A DNA stretch of 64,000 nucleotides from Gemmatimonadota bacterium (GCA_963666735.1 OY762926.1:1792001-1856000); one strand, 5' to 3'. Positions 9,000 to 18,692 are shown, numbered from the stretch's first letter. Notes: generated from the sequence alone by a model not told the origin. A program made the numbers and translations.

Positions 9000-11900
9000 T
9001 CAGGAGCCTGACGAGCCTCCCTCTCCGGCGGACGTGACGCCCCCGGCGGACGTGACGCGCACTTCGAGGGTTTCGGACGCGATCGAAACGGACGTCTCCT
9101 CGCCATGCGGCCACACGACGTGCAGCGTCGCGGGACGACCGGTCGTGTCGCCGGGCGGGCGGGCCGTGCCGGCCGCGGCGTCGGCCATGCCGAGCGTCTG
9201 CGTCGATTCATGGCGGGCCAGATAGCCCTCTCCCGACCGGACCTCCCGCACCGGACCGAGCGTTCCGTCGGCATATTCGAGCCGGAGGCGGGCGCCGATG
9301 GCCCGCGGGTTCGCGGGTGGCCCCTCCAGCGTGATCCGGAGACCGGGCGTCGCGCCGACGTTGCGGTAGAGCACGGTTTCGCCGCCGTTGACGCCGAAGG
9401 CCACGTCCACGCGACCATCGCGGTCGTGGTCCGCAAGCGCGACCGCCCGGGCGTCCCCGTAGACCGCGATCCCGGACCGGGAGCCCCGAACGGGCTCGAA
9501 GCCCCCCTCGCCATCCCCTCTCAGCCAGAGCCCGCGCCCCGCGTCGTAGCGCGGCGCCCCCGGCCGGCCGGCGTAGAAGTTCTGCGCGAGAACGAGATCT
9601 TCGTGACCGTCCCCGTCGAGGTCGGCGCCGGCGACGCCGAACGCGGGCGCGCGCTGGGCCTCCGCGGGCAGCGGGGCGCTCTCGAAGCCGGAAGGACGGT
9701 TGAGCCACACGGTGTGGCGCAGTTCGTTCGCGTCCAGCCGGCGCTCCGGGTCCATGCCTCCGATGAGGTCGGTCAGGGATGCGGTCGCGAAGCGCTCGTA
9801 CGTCACGCGCAGGAGCGTCGAGAGTCCGCCGGGGACGGCGAGCGCGTCTCTGCCCCGAAGCGGGCGCCACATGCCGGACTCCATCCGGGCCTCGACGAGA
9901 TCGACGATGCCGTCGCGATTCATGTCGCCGTAGATGAGCGAGTAGGCGGACGGTACGTCGAGATTCGCGCCCCAGCCGGTCGCGACGAGGTCGGGCCGGC
10001 CATCCTCATCGAAGTCCGCGGCGGCGAGGCCGTTCCAGCGCCCCGTGAGACGCGTGAGCCCCAGCGCGTCGCTCACATCGGTGAAACGGCCGTCGTCATT
10101 GCGGAAGAGGCGGACGCTGCCCCACTCCAGGGCGAGCGCGAGGTCGGGGTCGCCATCGAGGTCGTAGTCCGTGAAGAGGGCGGCGGAGACGAGCCCGAGA
10201 CGCGCGAAGGGGAGGGAGCGCTCCGCATCGACGCGCAGGGCGCGGCCGTCGTGGACCAGGAGGCGGGAATCCACGGCAACGGGGTAGGCGCCGGGTGCGA
10301 CGCGTCCGCCCGCGAAGAGGTCGAGATCGCCGTCACCGTCGATGTCGGCCTGAGCGAGCGGGCCGGTCGCGGCGGGGGGCTGCCCGGGCGGGGCGCCGGG
10401 GGCTTCGATGAGCGGGGGCGCCGGCGCGGACGCGCCGAGCGGCGCCGCGATGACCGCGGGAACGGCCGCGGCCTCCGCGGGAGTGCCCGCCTCGTACGCG
10501 CTCATGCCGATGAGCAGCGCGACGCGGCCGTCGGCCGTGCGATGCGGCAGCACGGCGGTCGCGTCCCAGGCCAGCGCGGGCACGAGGGCCCGCGGGGCGG
10601 CGAAACCGTCGCCCTCGTTCCGCATCACGACCGGGCTGCCCCCCCGGCCGCTCCCGACCACGAGATCGGCATCGCCATCGTCTTCCACGTCGATCCACGA
10701 TACGCCCGGACCGGGGCGATCGAGCGAATGGGGCAGCAGCGGCTGCCGGAGCCGGTCGTCGAAGGGCGATTCGACGTGCCGGTGCCCGAGCCGATCCGAA
10801 ATGTCGACGAAGTGAGGGCCGGCCTCGGGCGCCGCCGCCGTGACGGGGTCGTCCGGATCGCCCGGCCCGCCGTCGGGCGCGGGCGCGCGGGCGGCCGGGT
10901 TGGGCGTCGCCGGCTCCGCGGTGGCGGCGTCGATCTCGTATTCGCGGTTTGCGACGATGCCTTCCAGCCGCGTGCGGCGACCGTCCGGCCAGTCGACGGT
11001 GAGGACCATCTCCCCGTCCGCCGCCGCGGCGAAGCTGGCCACGGGTTCGGAAGAGGAGAGATAGGCGCCTCCCGCGGTGATCTCGCGCACCTGGGCGGGC
11101 ACCGCCCCCGGGCTGCCCGGCGTCGCAGGGCCGCCGGACCGGCCGGGGCCGCCGGATCCCTCGAGGCGGATCCTGGCTCCGATCCCGCGCGTGTTCGGAC
11201 CCGCCGACCGGAGACGCACGAGAATGCGGGGCGCCGCGGCTTCGTTCCGGTACAGGAGGGGGGGTGCCCCGAGTCGCGTCACGACGACGTCGAGGTCTCC
11301 GTCACGGTCGAGGTCGCCCGCCGCGAGGCCGTGCGAGATGTCCGCGTCGACCCCCCAGCGCCAGCGCTCGCTCACGTCGGCGAAACCATCGTCCCCTCCC
11401 CGGAAGGCGACGTTCGGCTGCGCGAGCGGCGGGAACATGCGCAGGGCCTGATCCGCCGGCAGCCCGGGGATCGCCGCCACGCGGGCATTCGCATCGCCGT
11501 CCAACTGGTCCCACGCGTGTCCCGTCGTGACGAGGATGTCGTTCCAGCCGTCCAGGTCCGCATCCATGATGAGCGCGCCCCACGTCCAGTCGGAGGCGGC
11601 GAGCCCGAGTTCCCACGCCGCCTCGGCGAAGGTTCCGTCCCCCCGGTTGAGTTGGACCGCGTTCCGGTTCACCTGGATTCTCGTGTCCGTGACGCCGGGA
11701 CGTTCCGGGACGGCCTCGTAGCTCGGGGTCTGGACGAGGCGTCCCGCCGGCTCCCGTGCGAGCATGTCGGTGGTGAGGAGATCGAGATCCCCGTCGCGGT
11801 CGAGATCTCCGACATCGACGGCCATCGAGGAGAGGCTCGTCGTGCGGACGGCCTCGCTCGAAGCCGGCGCGAACGTCCCGCCGCCGACGTTGATCCAGAT

Positions 11901-12920
11901 TCCGTCCTCGCTGTTGAAGTCGTTCGCGACGTAGAGATCGGGATCCCCATCCTCGTCCCAGTCGCTGAACCTGGCCGCGAGTCCCCAGTCGCGAGCCGCC
12001 GTCGAGACGTTCCCGCGGGAACGCGAGAGCGGCGCTCCGAGGCCCGCCGGCGCGAAGCGTCCGTCCCCGAGTCCGGTGTAATACTCGTCCGGCTCTCCAA
12101 GCTCGAAGCGGCGCACGAAGCGGCCATCGAACTCCACGCGGTAGTGCTCGTCGTAGAGGTCCCGCAGCTCCGGAGGGGTGACGAGATTTCCGTCCTCGCC
12201 GCGTTGGAGATGGTTGATGTCGAGAACGTCCGGCGGGTAGAGGTCGTCGACCTGGCGCGTCTTGTAGTTGGCGACGTAGAGGTCCAGGTCGCCGTCGCCA
12301 TCGGTGTCGGCGAGCGCGAGGGTCGTGCTCCCCCACTCCCCGGCGAGACCCGTGTCCTCGAGTTCCGTGAAGCCGCCCGCGCCGTCGCCGAGGAAGATCC
12401 GGTTCCGGCCCCCGTGGACCGCAATCGCGAGGTCGAGATCGTCATCTCCATCGACGTCCGCGAGCGCAGCGCCTCTCGCCAGCACGTCAACGAGCGCGAG
12501 GGCGGGGGGCGTGATCTCCTCGAAGCGCCAGCCGCCGAGGTTCCGGTAGAGCGCGCTCGCGCGCCCGAAGCCGGCGAGGAAGAGGTCCGCCAGGCCGTCC
12601 CCGTCGACATCCCCGACCGCGACGCCCTGCCCTTCCGCGAGCACCCGGTTGCGGAGCCGCGCCTCCTCGTCGACGTCGTACAGGAAGGACACGCCCCTTT
12701 CGGAGGCATCGAGCGGCCGGAAACCGCCGGAACCCCGGGGCCTCAACTCGCGCCACCGGTATCCGTCCGCTTCGACCCAGGGCCCGGGCTCGGGAGCCCC
12801 GCAGGCGGACAGCGCGAGGAGTACCGGGGCAAGGAGGGCCGGAGCGCGGAGGGCCGGGGCGAGGCCGATCAGCCCGCGGGCCGGCCGCATCATCGGTCGG
12901 TGGAGCGTGTGTTCAGCCAC
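9000..12920 (-). CDS. FG-GAP/VCBS-repeat (CRTAC1-like) lipoprotein with two ASPIC/UnbV domains
   Basis: Many DxDGDGDLD repeats; NTRGIGARIRL and NPRAIGARLRL with GGAYLS/GEGYLA ASPIC motifs; lipobox LSAC. Exact start uncertain. Confidence 0.88.
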   Translation of the reverse strand: MAEHTLHRPMMRPARGLIGLAPALRAPALLAPVLLALSACGAPEPGPWVEADGYRWRELRPRGSGGFRPLDASERGVSFLYDVDEEARLRNRVLAEGQGVAVGDVDGDGLADLFLAGFGRASALYRNLGGWRFEEITPPALALVDVLARGAALADVDGDDDLDLAIAVHGGRNRIFLGDGAGGFTELEDTGLAGEWGSTTLALADTDGDGDLDLYVANYKTRQVDDLYPPDVLDINHLQRGEDGNLVTPPELRDLYDEHYRVEFDGRFVRRFELGEPDEYYTGLGDGRFAPAGLGAPLSRSRGNVSTAARDWGLAARFSDWDEDGDPDLYVANDFNSEDGIWINVGGGTFAPASSEAVRTTSLSSMAVDVGDLDRDGDLDLLTTDMLAREPAGRLVQTPSYEAVPERPGVTDTRIQVNRNAVQLNRGDGTFAEAAWELGLAASDWTWGALIMDADLDGWNDILVTTGHAWDQLDGDANARVAAIPGLPADQALRMFPPLAQPNVAFRGGDDGFADVSERWRWGVDADISHGLAAGDLDRDGDLDVVVTRLGAPPLLYRNEAAAPRILVRLRSAGPNTRGIGARIRLEGSGGPGRSGGPATPGSPGAVPAQVREITAGGAYLSSSEPVASFAAAADGEMVLTVDWPDGRRTRLEGIVANREYEIDAATAEPATPNPAARAPAPDGGPGDPDDPVTAAAPEAGPHFVDISDRLGHRHVESPFDDRLRQPLLPHSLDRPGPGVSWIDVEDDGDADLVVGSGRGGSPVVMRNEGDGFAAPRALVPALAWDATAVLPHRTADGRVALLIGMSAYEAGTPAEAAAVPAVIAAPLGASAPAPPLIEAPGAPPGQPPAATGPLAQADIDGDGDLDLFAGGRVAPGAYPVAVDSRLLVHDGRALRVDAERSLPFARLGLVSAALFTDYDLDGDPDLALALEWGSVRLFRNDDGRFTDVSDALGLTRLTGRWNGLAAADFDEDGRPDLVATGWGANLDVPSAYSLIYGDMNRDGIVDLVEARMESGMWRPLRGRDALAVPGGLSTLLRVTYERFATASLTDLIGGMDPERRLDANELRHTVWLNRPSGFESAPLPAEAQRAPAFGVAGADLDGDGHEDLVLAQNFYAGRPGAPRYDAGRGLWLRGDGEGGFEPVRGSRSGIAVYGDARAVALADHDRDGRVDVAFGVNGGETVLYRNVGATPGLRITLEGPPANPRAIGARLRLEYADGTLGPVREVRSGEGYLARHESTQTLGMADAAAGTARPPGDTTGRPATLHVVWPHGEETSVSIASETLEVRVTSAGGVTSAGEGGSSGS

Positions 12921-15528
12921 CCTCCCCGTTCGCCGATGCCCCGTGCCCGCCGCCGATCACGCGCTCGAACAACTCGTAGATGCGCCGGTACTCGTCGGTC
13001 CACGACGAGGGCTCCGCGAAACCGTGGTTCTCCACCGGGTACACGGCCATCTCCCAGTTTTCCTTGCCCAGTTCTATGAGACGCTGGGCGAGGCGCACGA
13101 CGTCGGAGAAATGGACGTTCGTGTCGTACATGCCGTGTGCGATGAGGAGGTGTCCCTCGAATCCCTCGGCGAAATAGATGGGGGAGGACTGGCGGTACGC
13201 CTCCTCGTCCTCGTGGGGGAGGTTGAGGATGCGGCTCGTGTACCAGTGGTTGTAGTGCGCCCAGTCGGTCACGGCGCGGAGCGCGCCGCCCGCCGCGAAG
13301 GACTCAGGCGCCGTGAAGAGCGCCATGAGGGTGATGAATCCGCCGTAGGACCCGCCGTAGATCCCCATCCGGTCGGGCTCGACGCCCTCCTCGCGGACGA
13401 GGTAGGCGGCCCCGTCCACCTGGTCGGAGAGGTCCCAGCCGCCCATGTGACGGTAAATCGCCGTGCGCCAGTCGCGCCCGTATCCGGCGGAGCCGCGGTA
13501 GTCGATGTCGAGCACGGTGTAGCCCTGAGCCGCCAGGAAGTGGTGGAACATGTATTCGCGGTAATAGTTCGACCACCAGTTGTGGACGTTGTGCAGATAT
13601 CCGGCCCCGTGTACGAAGATGACGCCGGCCCCGTTGGGCTCGACCCCGAAGTCGGCGGGCCGGTAGATGCGCGCGGGCACGGCCACGCCGTCGCGAGCCT
13701 CGAAGTGCACGATCTCGGGCCGGAGCCAGGGGAATCCGAGCCACGTCCCGGTGGGGGAGGTCGTGACCTGGGTCATCGCGGCCCCGGGCGCGGCGTCGGC
13801 GAAGTAGAGTTCGGGCGGCCGGTTCGCGCGCGAATGGAGGACGGCGAAACGCCCGCCGCCGGGCGAAGGCGTGACGATGAAGGAACCCTCTCCCTCGAGG
13901 AGTTGAACCCGGTCCGAGCCATCGAACGCCATGCGCCACGGATGCTGGTCGAAGGGTGACAGCTCGCTCGTCTGCAGCAGGAACGAGTCCCACCCATCGG
14001 GGATCGTCACGCCGAGGACCTCCCACTCTCCGGCCGTGAGCGCCTCGCGGTTTCCGCCGTCCGCATCGATCGCGTACAGGTGGGAGTAGCCGGTCTCCTC
14101 GCTCACGTACCATGCGCGGGGCATCCCGCCCGCCGCCTCCGCCGGGAGCCAGCCAATGCAGCCCGCCCCCTGGAAGCCGAAGCAGGGGCCGCCGACCCAC
14201 GCTTCGTCGTAGTGAGTATCCAGCATCGTGAGAGAGCCGGTCGCCGCCTCGTAGGCGTAGAGGCGCCACGTCTTGTAGTCGTAGTCCACCGCGAATACGA
14301 GCCCGTGGGAGCCGGAATCGTTCCAGCCCGCGAAGCTCGCCACGGCGAGACGGCCATCGGATTCGGAATCGTCGGATCCGGATTCGTCCGACTCGGACTC
14401 CGCCGCTTCCGGCTCCGTCTCCTCCGGCTCTGGATCCGGGTCGGGATCCGAGTCCGAGCCGTCTCCCGTGAGGTCGAGCCAGGTGGCCTCGCCCGTCCCG
14501 GTGTCGACGATGGCGAGGCGCGAGACGCCCTGCTCGTCCCCGACCTTGGCCCGCATCTCCGTGTTCTCGGTGTAGCCGGACTGCGTGACCCAGCGGGGGA
14601 TGTCCGTGCTCCGGCCTTCGCCGCCGAAGCCGCCGCGCGTGACGGTGACCGCGACACGGCTGCCGGTCGGGTCGGCGACGAACGACTGCGCGCGTTCTCC
14701 CTGCGCGAGGTGAAGCGTCTCGCGTTGCCCGGCCTCCCGCAGTTCCCGCCGCTCTTCGGCACGCTCCTCCCGGATATCCTGCACGCGGATGTGCTCGAAC
14801 AGCTCTCGCTGCTGTTCCTCGAGGAAGGCCTTGTGCCCCTCGGCATCGGGGTCTTCGGGCGTCTCCGGCCCGCCGACGGAGGTGAGCTGCCGGATCTCGC
14901 CGTCGTCGATGTCGAACGCGAAGAGGTTGTTCGCGCGGCGGAAGAAGATGGACGCGCCGTCGCCGGAGAAGACGGGACCCGCCTCGAAGTCCTCCGTGTG
15001 CGTCAGCCTCCGGCTCGTGGAGGCGGCGCGGTCGATGAGATGGAGGTCTCCATCGGAGGACGTCACGCGCCAGCGGCCATCGGGAGAGACGTCGCCCCGG
15101 GCCAGGATGGGGCCGAGGCGAAGTTCTTCTTCGTCGTCGACCCGTTCGGGCGTGCCGCCGGTCGAACGGACGCGGTACAGGGCGCGCGGCTCGTGCCACT
15201 CGGCGCCGCCCGGGAGCCAGCGGAAGTAGATCCACTCGCCGTCGTCGGACCAGCTCACGCCGACGGGCGCCTGCCCGACGTGCTCGGAGCCCCGCATGAT
15301 GGACTCGAGCGTGAGCGCGAAGGCGTTGTCGCGCGCGGGGACGGGCTCGAAGCCGGCCAGGGTCTGCGCCTGGAGGGGCGGAGCGGCGGCGACCCATGTG
15401 GCGGAAATCGCGGCGGACATCGCGGCGGCGACGATCCAGGCGCTTCCGGATCCCGCGGGCCGGGGTCCCGCGGGCCGCAGGGGGGCGCGCCGGAGGGGGG
15501 CGCGTTCGAGTGTCGGGGAAGACTTCAC
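12913..15528 (-). CDS. S9 family (dipeptidyl/prolyl oligopeptidase) serine peptidase
   Basis: GIYGGSYGG nucleophile motif, HGMYDTNVH, ENHGF; N-terminal propeller. GTG start overlaps the upstream TGA at 15525-15528. Confidence 0.9.
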   Translation of the reverse strand: MKSSPTLERAPLRRAPLRPAGPRPAGSGSAWIVAAAMSAAISATWVAAAPPLQAQTLAGFEPVPARDNAFALTLESIMRGSEHVGQAPVGVSWSDDGEWIYFRWLPGGAEWHEPRALYRVRSTGGTPERVDDEEELRLGPILARGDVSPDGRWRVTSSDGDLHLIDRAASTSRRLTHTEDFEAGPVFSGDGASIFFRRANNLFAFDIDDGEIRQLTSVGGPETPEDPDAEGHKAFLEEQQRELFEHIRVQDIREERAEERRELREAGQRETLHLAQGERAQSFVADPTGSRVAVTVTRGGFGGEGRSTDIPRWVTQSGYTENTEMRAKVGDEQGVSRLAIVDTGTGEATWLDLTGDGSDSDPDPDPEPEETEPEAAESESDESGSDDSESDGRLAVASFAGWNDSGSHGLVFAVDYDYKTWRLYAYEAATGSLTMLDTHYDEAWVGGPCFGFQGAGCIGWLPAEAAGGMPRAWYVSEETGYSHLYAIDADGGNREALTAGEWEVLGVTIPDGWDSFLLQTSELSPFDQHPWRMAFDGSDRVQLLEGEGSFIVTPSPGGGRFAVLHSRANRPPELYFADAAPGAAMTQVTTSPTGTWLGFPWLRPEIVHFEARDGVAVPARIYRPADFGVEPNGAGVIFVHGAGYLHNVHNWWSNYYREYMFHHFLAAQGYTVLDIDYRGSAGYGRDWRTAIYRHMGGWDLSDQVDGAAYLVREEGVEPDRMGIYGGSYGGFITLMALFTAPESFAAGGALRAVTDWAHYNHWYTSRILNLPHEDEEAYRQSSPIYFAEGFEGHLLIAHGMYDTNVHFSDVVRLAQRLIELGKENWEMAVYPVENHGFAEPSSWTDEYRRIYELFERVIGGGHGASANGEGG

Positions 15529-16124
15529 GGGGCACCTCCTCCGTTCCCGGAGGGCAGATACTGTCCCGGGATCGGCAGATCGGGCCGCTCGCCGGCCCAG
15601 TAGATCGTGACGACGTACCAGCGGTCGCCGTCGTGCATGAGCTGGATCGAGTTGATGCCGCGGGCGAACGGCTCGGGGTCGTCCGCGTTTCGTTTGGAAT
15701 CGTAGGTGGAGAAGGCGTGCACCACCGGACCGAAGCGCGCCTCGCTGCGGGCGATCTCCCGCTCGAAGAACCCGTTCTGCTCGAGGAAGGCGCCCGCCTG
15801 TTCGGCGTATTCGCCGGGGCTCCACACGTTGTAGCCGTGCTCGCCCCCGGGCCCCCGACCCGTGGGAATGAGGCGGGCTTCCGGGATGAAGAGGGAGCGG
15901 AAGCGGTCCCAGTCGCGCGCCTGTCCGGCCGGGCCCGAGATCACGTCGTAGAGCGCGGCGAGGATGCTGTCGACCGACTCCACGTCGGCGGGAGCGGCGT
16001 CGGGCCAGCTTTCCGCCATGGCCACGTTCGGCCGGCCCTGGGCGAGCGAGGGGGTGGGCATCGCGAGCGCCAGGGGTCCGGCGGCCAGCGCGCCGAGGAA
16101 AACGAGTGTGCGCAGTCGTCGCAT
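15525..16124 (-). CDS. Secreted NTF2-like fold protein
   Basis: Signal peptide from ATG 16124; conserved YDVISGPAG..RDWDRFRSLF, FFEREI, FSTY, RGINSIQL. Confidence 0.75.
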   Translation of the reverse strand: MRRLRTLVFLGALAAGPLALAMPTPSLAQGRPNVAMAESWPDAAPADVESVDSILAALYDVISGPAGQARDWDRFRSLFIPEARLIPTGRGPGGEHGYNVWSPGEYAEQAGAFLEQNGFFEREIARSEARFGPVVHAFSTYDSKRNADDPEPFARGINSIQLMHDGDRWYVVTIYWAGERPDLPIPGQYLPSGNGGGAP

Positions 16125-16194
16125 CGTTCCGCTCCGGTTCTGGTGGAAGACGTCCCCGAATCTAGCCCGGACCGGACGCCGGGTGCGACCCGGC

Positions 16195-16235
16195 GGCGAC
16201 GACGCGTACGACCCGAAGGCGGCGACGCGTACGAC
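16195..16235. repeat. 18-bp direct repeat GGCG(A/G)CGACGCGTACGAC x2, 23-bp period
   Basis: Copies at 16195-16212 and 16218-16235, one mismatch. Confidence 0.8.
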
Positions 16236-16253
16236 GGGAGCGGCGGCGTTCGG

Positions 16254-16282
16254 TTGCATCGGACGCGGGCTGCGTCTACCGT
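16254..16282 (+). promoter_or_regulatory. Putative sigma70 promoter of tRNA-Arg
   Basis: TTGCAT-N17-TACCGT, ending 18 bp upstream of the tRNA. Confidence 0.6.
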
Positions 16283-16300
16283 TTTCGGCTCGTGGCGCCC

Positions 16301-16374
16301 GCGCCCGTAGCTCAATTGGATAGAGCGTCTGACTTCGGATCAGAAGGCTGGGGGTTCGAGTCCTCCCGGGCGCA
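16301..16374 (+). tRNA. tRNA-Arg, anticodon TCG (CCA not encoded)
   Basis: Acceptor stem GCGCCCG/CGGGCGC, D arm GCTC..GAGC, anticodon stem TCTGA/TCAGA with loop CTTCGGA (TCG at 16335-16337), T arm GGGGG-TTCGAGT-CCTCC. Confidence 0.95.
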
Positions 16375-16435
16375 TGATCCCTCGTCCGACAGTAAGAAAC
16401 CCCGAGAACTCCGAGCCCTGACGAACGTCGCCGAC

Positions 16436-16912
16436 ATGAAGCCGAATCCGAACATGCCGCGGGGCCAGGCGGCACCCCATCGGCAGGCGCCCCAGTGCCC
16501 CATCGATCACCAGGCGGCGGAGCGCGCCGCGCGCTCGCTTCCGGGTCCGGTGCGGCGAGCCGTCTTCCTGGGGGTGGGGGGCCTCAGCGTGAGCGCGGGC
16601 ATCATCGGCATCGTCGTGCCGCTGTGGCCCACGACCTGTTTCCTCCTGCTCGCCGCGTGGTGCTTCGCGCGCAGCTCCCCCCGCGCCGAGCGCTGGCTGT
16701 ACGAGAACCGCATGTTCGGCCGCTACCTCGCCGCCTACCGCGAGCGCGGCGTCATCTCCACCCGAGTGCGGCGCGGCGCGACGATCTTCCTGTGGGGCGC
16801 GATCCTCGTCTCGGCCGTGCTCGCCGCCGGACAACTCTGGATCGTGGCCCTCCTCCTGATCGTCGCCGCGCTGGTCACCGCCCACCTCTACTCCCTGCCC
16901 AGCGAAGGCTGA
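16436..16912 (+). CDS. YbaN / DUF454 family membrane protein
   Basis: GIIGIVVPLWPTTCFLLLAAWCFARSSPR..WL..N..FG motif. Start uncertain (16436 or 16454). Confidence 0.88.
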   Translation: MKPNPNMPRGQAAPHRQAPQCPIDHQAAERAARSLPGPVRRAVFLGVGGLSVSAGIIGIVVPLWPTTCFLLLAAWCFARSSPRAERWLYENRMFGRYLAAYRERGVISTRVRRGATIFLWGAILVSAVLAAGQLWIVALLLIVAALVTAHLYSLPSEG

Positions 16913-17817
16913 CGGCGGGCTCTATCGCAAGCCCAGAGCTTCGCGCTCGTGTCGTATGTCACAACGCCCTTCCGCTTCAGGTATTGCTGCGCGTTCCTCA
17001 CCCCGTGCTTCCACCGCTTCCCGTAGCGCTCGCCGTTGATGACGAGTTCCTCGGAGTCGTCGCAGAGATCCGGTAACAGCCGACCAACCTCCTCGTGGAT
17101 CGCAGTTGTGGGTTGCGGTCCGTGCGCGAGCACAAAGCGAATCGCCTCGCCGAAGACCGAGTTCGCGCTTCTGCGCCCCACCTGTGCCCGGACGAACCGA
17201 GGTCTGGCGCTGCGCATGATCTTCCCGAACCTCGCTCGCGGCTCAAGCTCCGCAGCGTCGTCGGCTTTCTTTCTGGCTTGGCGGAGGTCGGTCTCAAGGG
17301 ACGCGAGTTCGCCGAGCGCACGTCGACTGACCTGATTCCCCAAGCGGGCGAACGAGTCCATGTCGTCGCGAATCGCGCGCACCAGCGACGGTTCGCGGAG
17401 CATCACGCCGTATTCGAGGTTTGTGTCGAGGCCTGCGCGGGTGAGGTTGCCCGATGTCACGACCGCCACCTTATCGTCGGCTATGAAGACCTTCGCATGC
17501 AGGTTGGGAAGCGCGAACACCCGCGCCTTGTCGGACTGTTCCGCGAAATGGACCAGGCCCGTGACATCAAGCGCGGACGAAGCGACCGCCTCGGCTCTGA
17601 TCGTGGTGAGCGTCACCAGTGCAACATCCTCGGCAAGCTGGCGACGGAACCAAACGGCGGCGGCATGGGTGACGAAGGGGACCGCGACCACCATGGAGTG
17701 GCGGGCGCTTGTGGCCATATCCGCTAACTCGGCACGCCAGCCCGGTCCCAAGAGTTGCGTCCGTTGGCCGGTCTCCCCCGTCCTCTCCGCCTCGCCCCCC
17801 GAGGTATCGAGCGTCAC
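16888..17817 (-). CDS. Phospholipase D-family nuclease domain fused to a C-terminal winged-helix-like domain (putative restriction-type endonuclease)
   Basis: VAVPF, LHAKVFIADDKVAVVTSGNLT..GL..NLE (single HKD PLD nuclease motif); C-terminal RWKHGVRNAQQYLKRKGVV. GTG start overlaps the upstream TGA (17814-17817). Confidence 0.75.
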   Translation of the reverse strand: MTLDTSGGEAERTGETGQRTQLLGPGWRAELADMATSARHSMVVAVPFVTHAAAVWFRRQLAEDVALVTLTTIRAEAVASSALDVTGLVHFAEQSDKARVFALPNLHAKVFIADDKVAVVTSGNLTRAGLDTNLEYGVMLREPSLVRAIRDDMDSFARLGNQVSRRALGELASLETDLRQARKKADDAAELEPRARFGKIMRSARPRFVRAQVGRRSANSVFGEAIRFVLAHGPQPTTAIHEEVGRLLPDLCDDSEELVINGERYGKRWKHGVRNAQQYLKRKGVVTYDTSAKLWACDRARRQPSLGRE

Positions 17818-18191
17818 GATGATGCCGAGCGTTTCCGGCCCAGCCCCTGCCAGATATCCCAACCGTTCGATGCATCTGAGACGGTCGCCATCACTGCCGC
17901 CACCTCGTCGGCCGTTCGGCCCTCGGCATCATTCCACTTCCCCGCGTCACCGACGTGGGCTTCCAGGAGCAACTCCAGAAGGACGTTGCTGACATACGAG
18001 CGCGTGTCGTTGGCGGCCTCCACGGCACCCACGGCGCACCACCGAACAGCGGCCGGGTCTTCCGGATCACACGTGCACCAATCGGCATCCGCTGCGACGT
18101 CACCTTGAATCCAACCGCGCCGGACGAATGCCGCGGCCTGCCGAAGGATTCGAGAAGCTCTGACGTATTCGTGCCTGTTCCTAGGTTCCAC
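17814..18191 (-). CDS. Small DUF6197-like protein
   Basis: RGWIQG...WCAVGAVEAA...WNDAEGRTADEV pattern, recalled from DUF6197; AAGGAGG RBS before the GTG. Confidence 0.65.
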   Translation of the reverse strand: MEPRNRHEYVRASRILRQAAAFVRRGWIQGDVAADADWCTCDPEDPAAVRWCAVGAVEAANDTRSYVSNVLLELLLEAHVGDAGKWNDAEGRTADEVAAVMATVSDASNGWDIWQGLGRKRSASS

Positions 18192-18236
18192 GGAGCCCCC
18201 TCCTTGTGAAGCAACCTGCCTTGCGGTTGAGAAACA

Positions 18237-18692
18237 TTACTCTACGGGGCGCGTGGCGGCGCGCTCGCGCACCGCATCCGGGGGCGCCGCGGTGATGATC
18301 CGACACGTGGGGCCGGTGGCCCGCGCGAGACGCCGGTCGAGCGTCAGCAGAGGGCACGAAAGCGTCTCGGCGAGGGCCACGTACCATCCGTCGTAGATGC
18401 TGAGGTTGTGGCGCAGTTCCCAGACGCGATCCGCGAGGGGTTCGAAGGGGAAGAGTTCGATCTCGAGCGCGAGTAGGTTTCGTTGGGCGAGACCGGCTTC
18501 CGAACTCTCGATCCGTTCGGCGAGCTCCAGGCGGCGAAGGACGTTGCTGGCCTCGGCGAGGGCGATCTGCGGACCGGCCAATGCACGGCCCTCGCGAGCT
18601 GCTTCCGCGATGACGGCTTCGGACCAGGCACCGTCCGGCCCGAGGTGGGCGACCGCCGCCGCAAGGACCGAGGCGTCAACGACAACCGTCAC
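18237..18692 (-). CDS. vapC: Type II TA VapC (PIN domain) toxin
   Basis: VVVDAS, EASNVLRR, HNLSIYDGWYVALAE, LLTLDRRL; GTG start overlaps the antitoxin TGA. Confidence 0.92.
   Translation of the reverse strand: MTVVVDASVLAAAVAHLGPDGAWSEAVIAEAAREGRALAGPQIALAEASNVLRRLELAERIESSEAGLAQRNLLALEIELFPFEPLADRVWELRHNLSIYDGWYVALAETLSCPLLTLDRRLARATGPTCRIITAAPPDAVRERAATRPVE

Noticed and set aside
9105..13079. 1324-aa plus-strand ORF (and similar long antisense ORFs such as 45311-47938, 58829-61042, 61100-63907)
   Set aside because: Stop-poor antisense frames expected at very high GC, lying opposite well-supported genes.
16195..16235. Possible mini CRISPR array
   Set aside because: Only two 18-bp copies with a 5-bp gap and no cas genes; kept only as a direct repeat.
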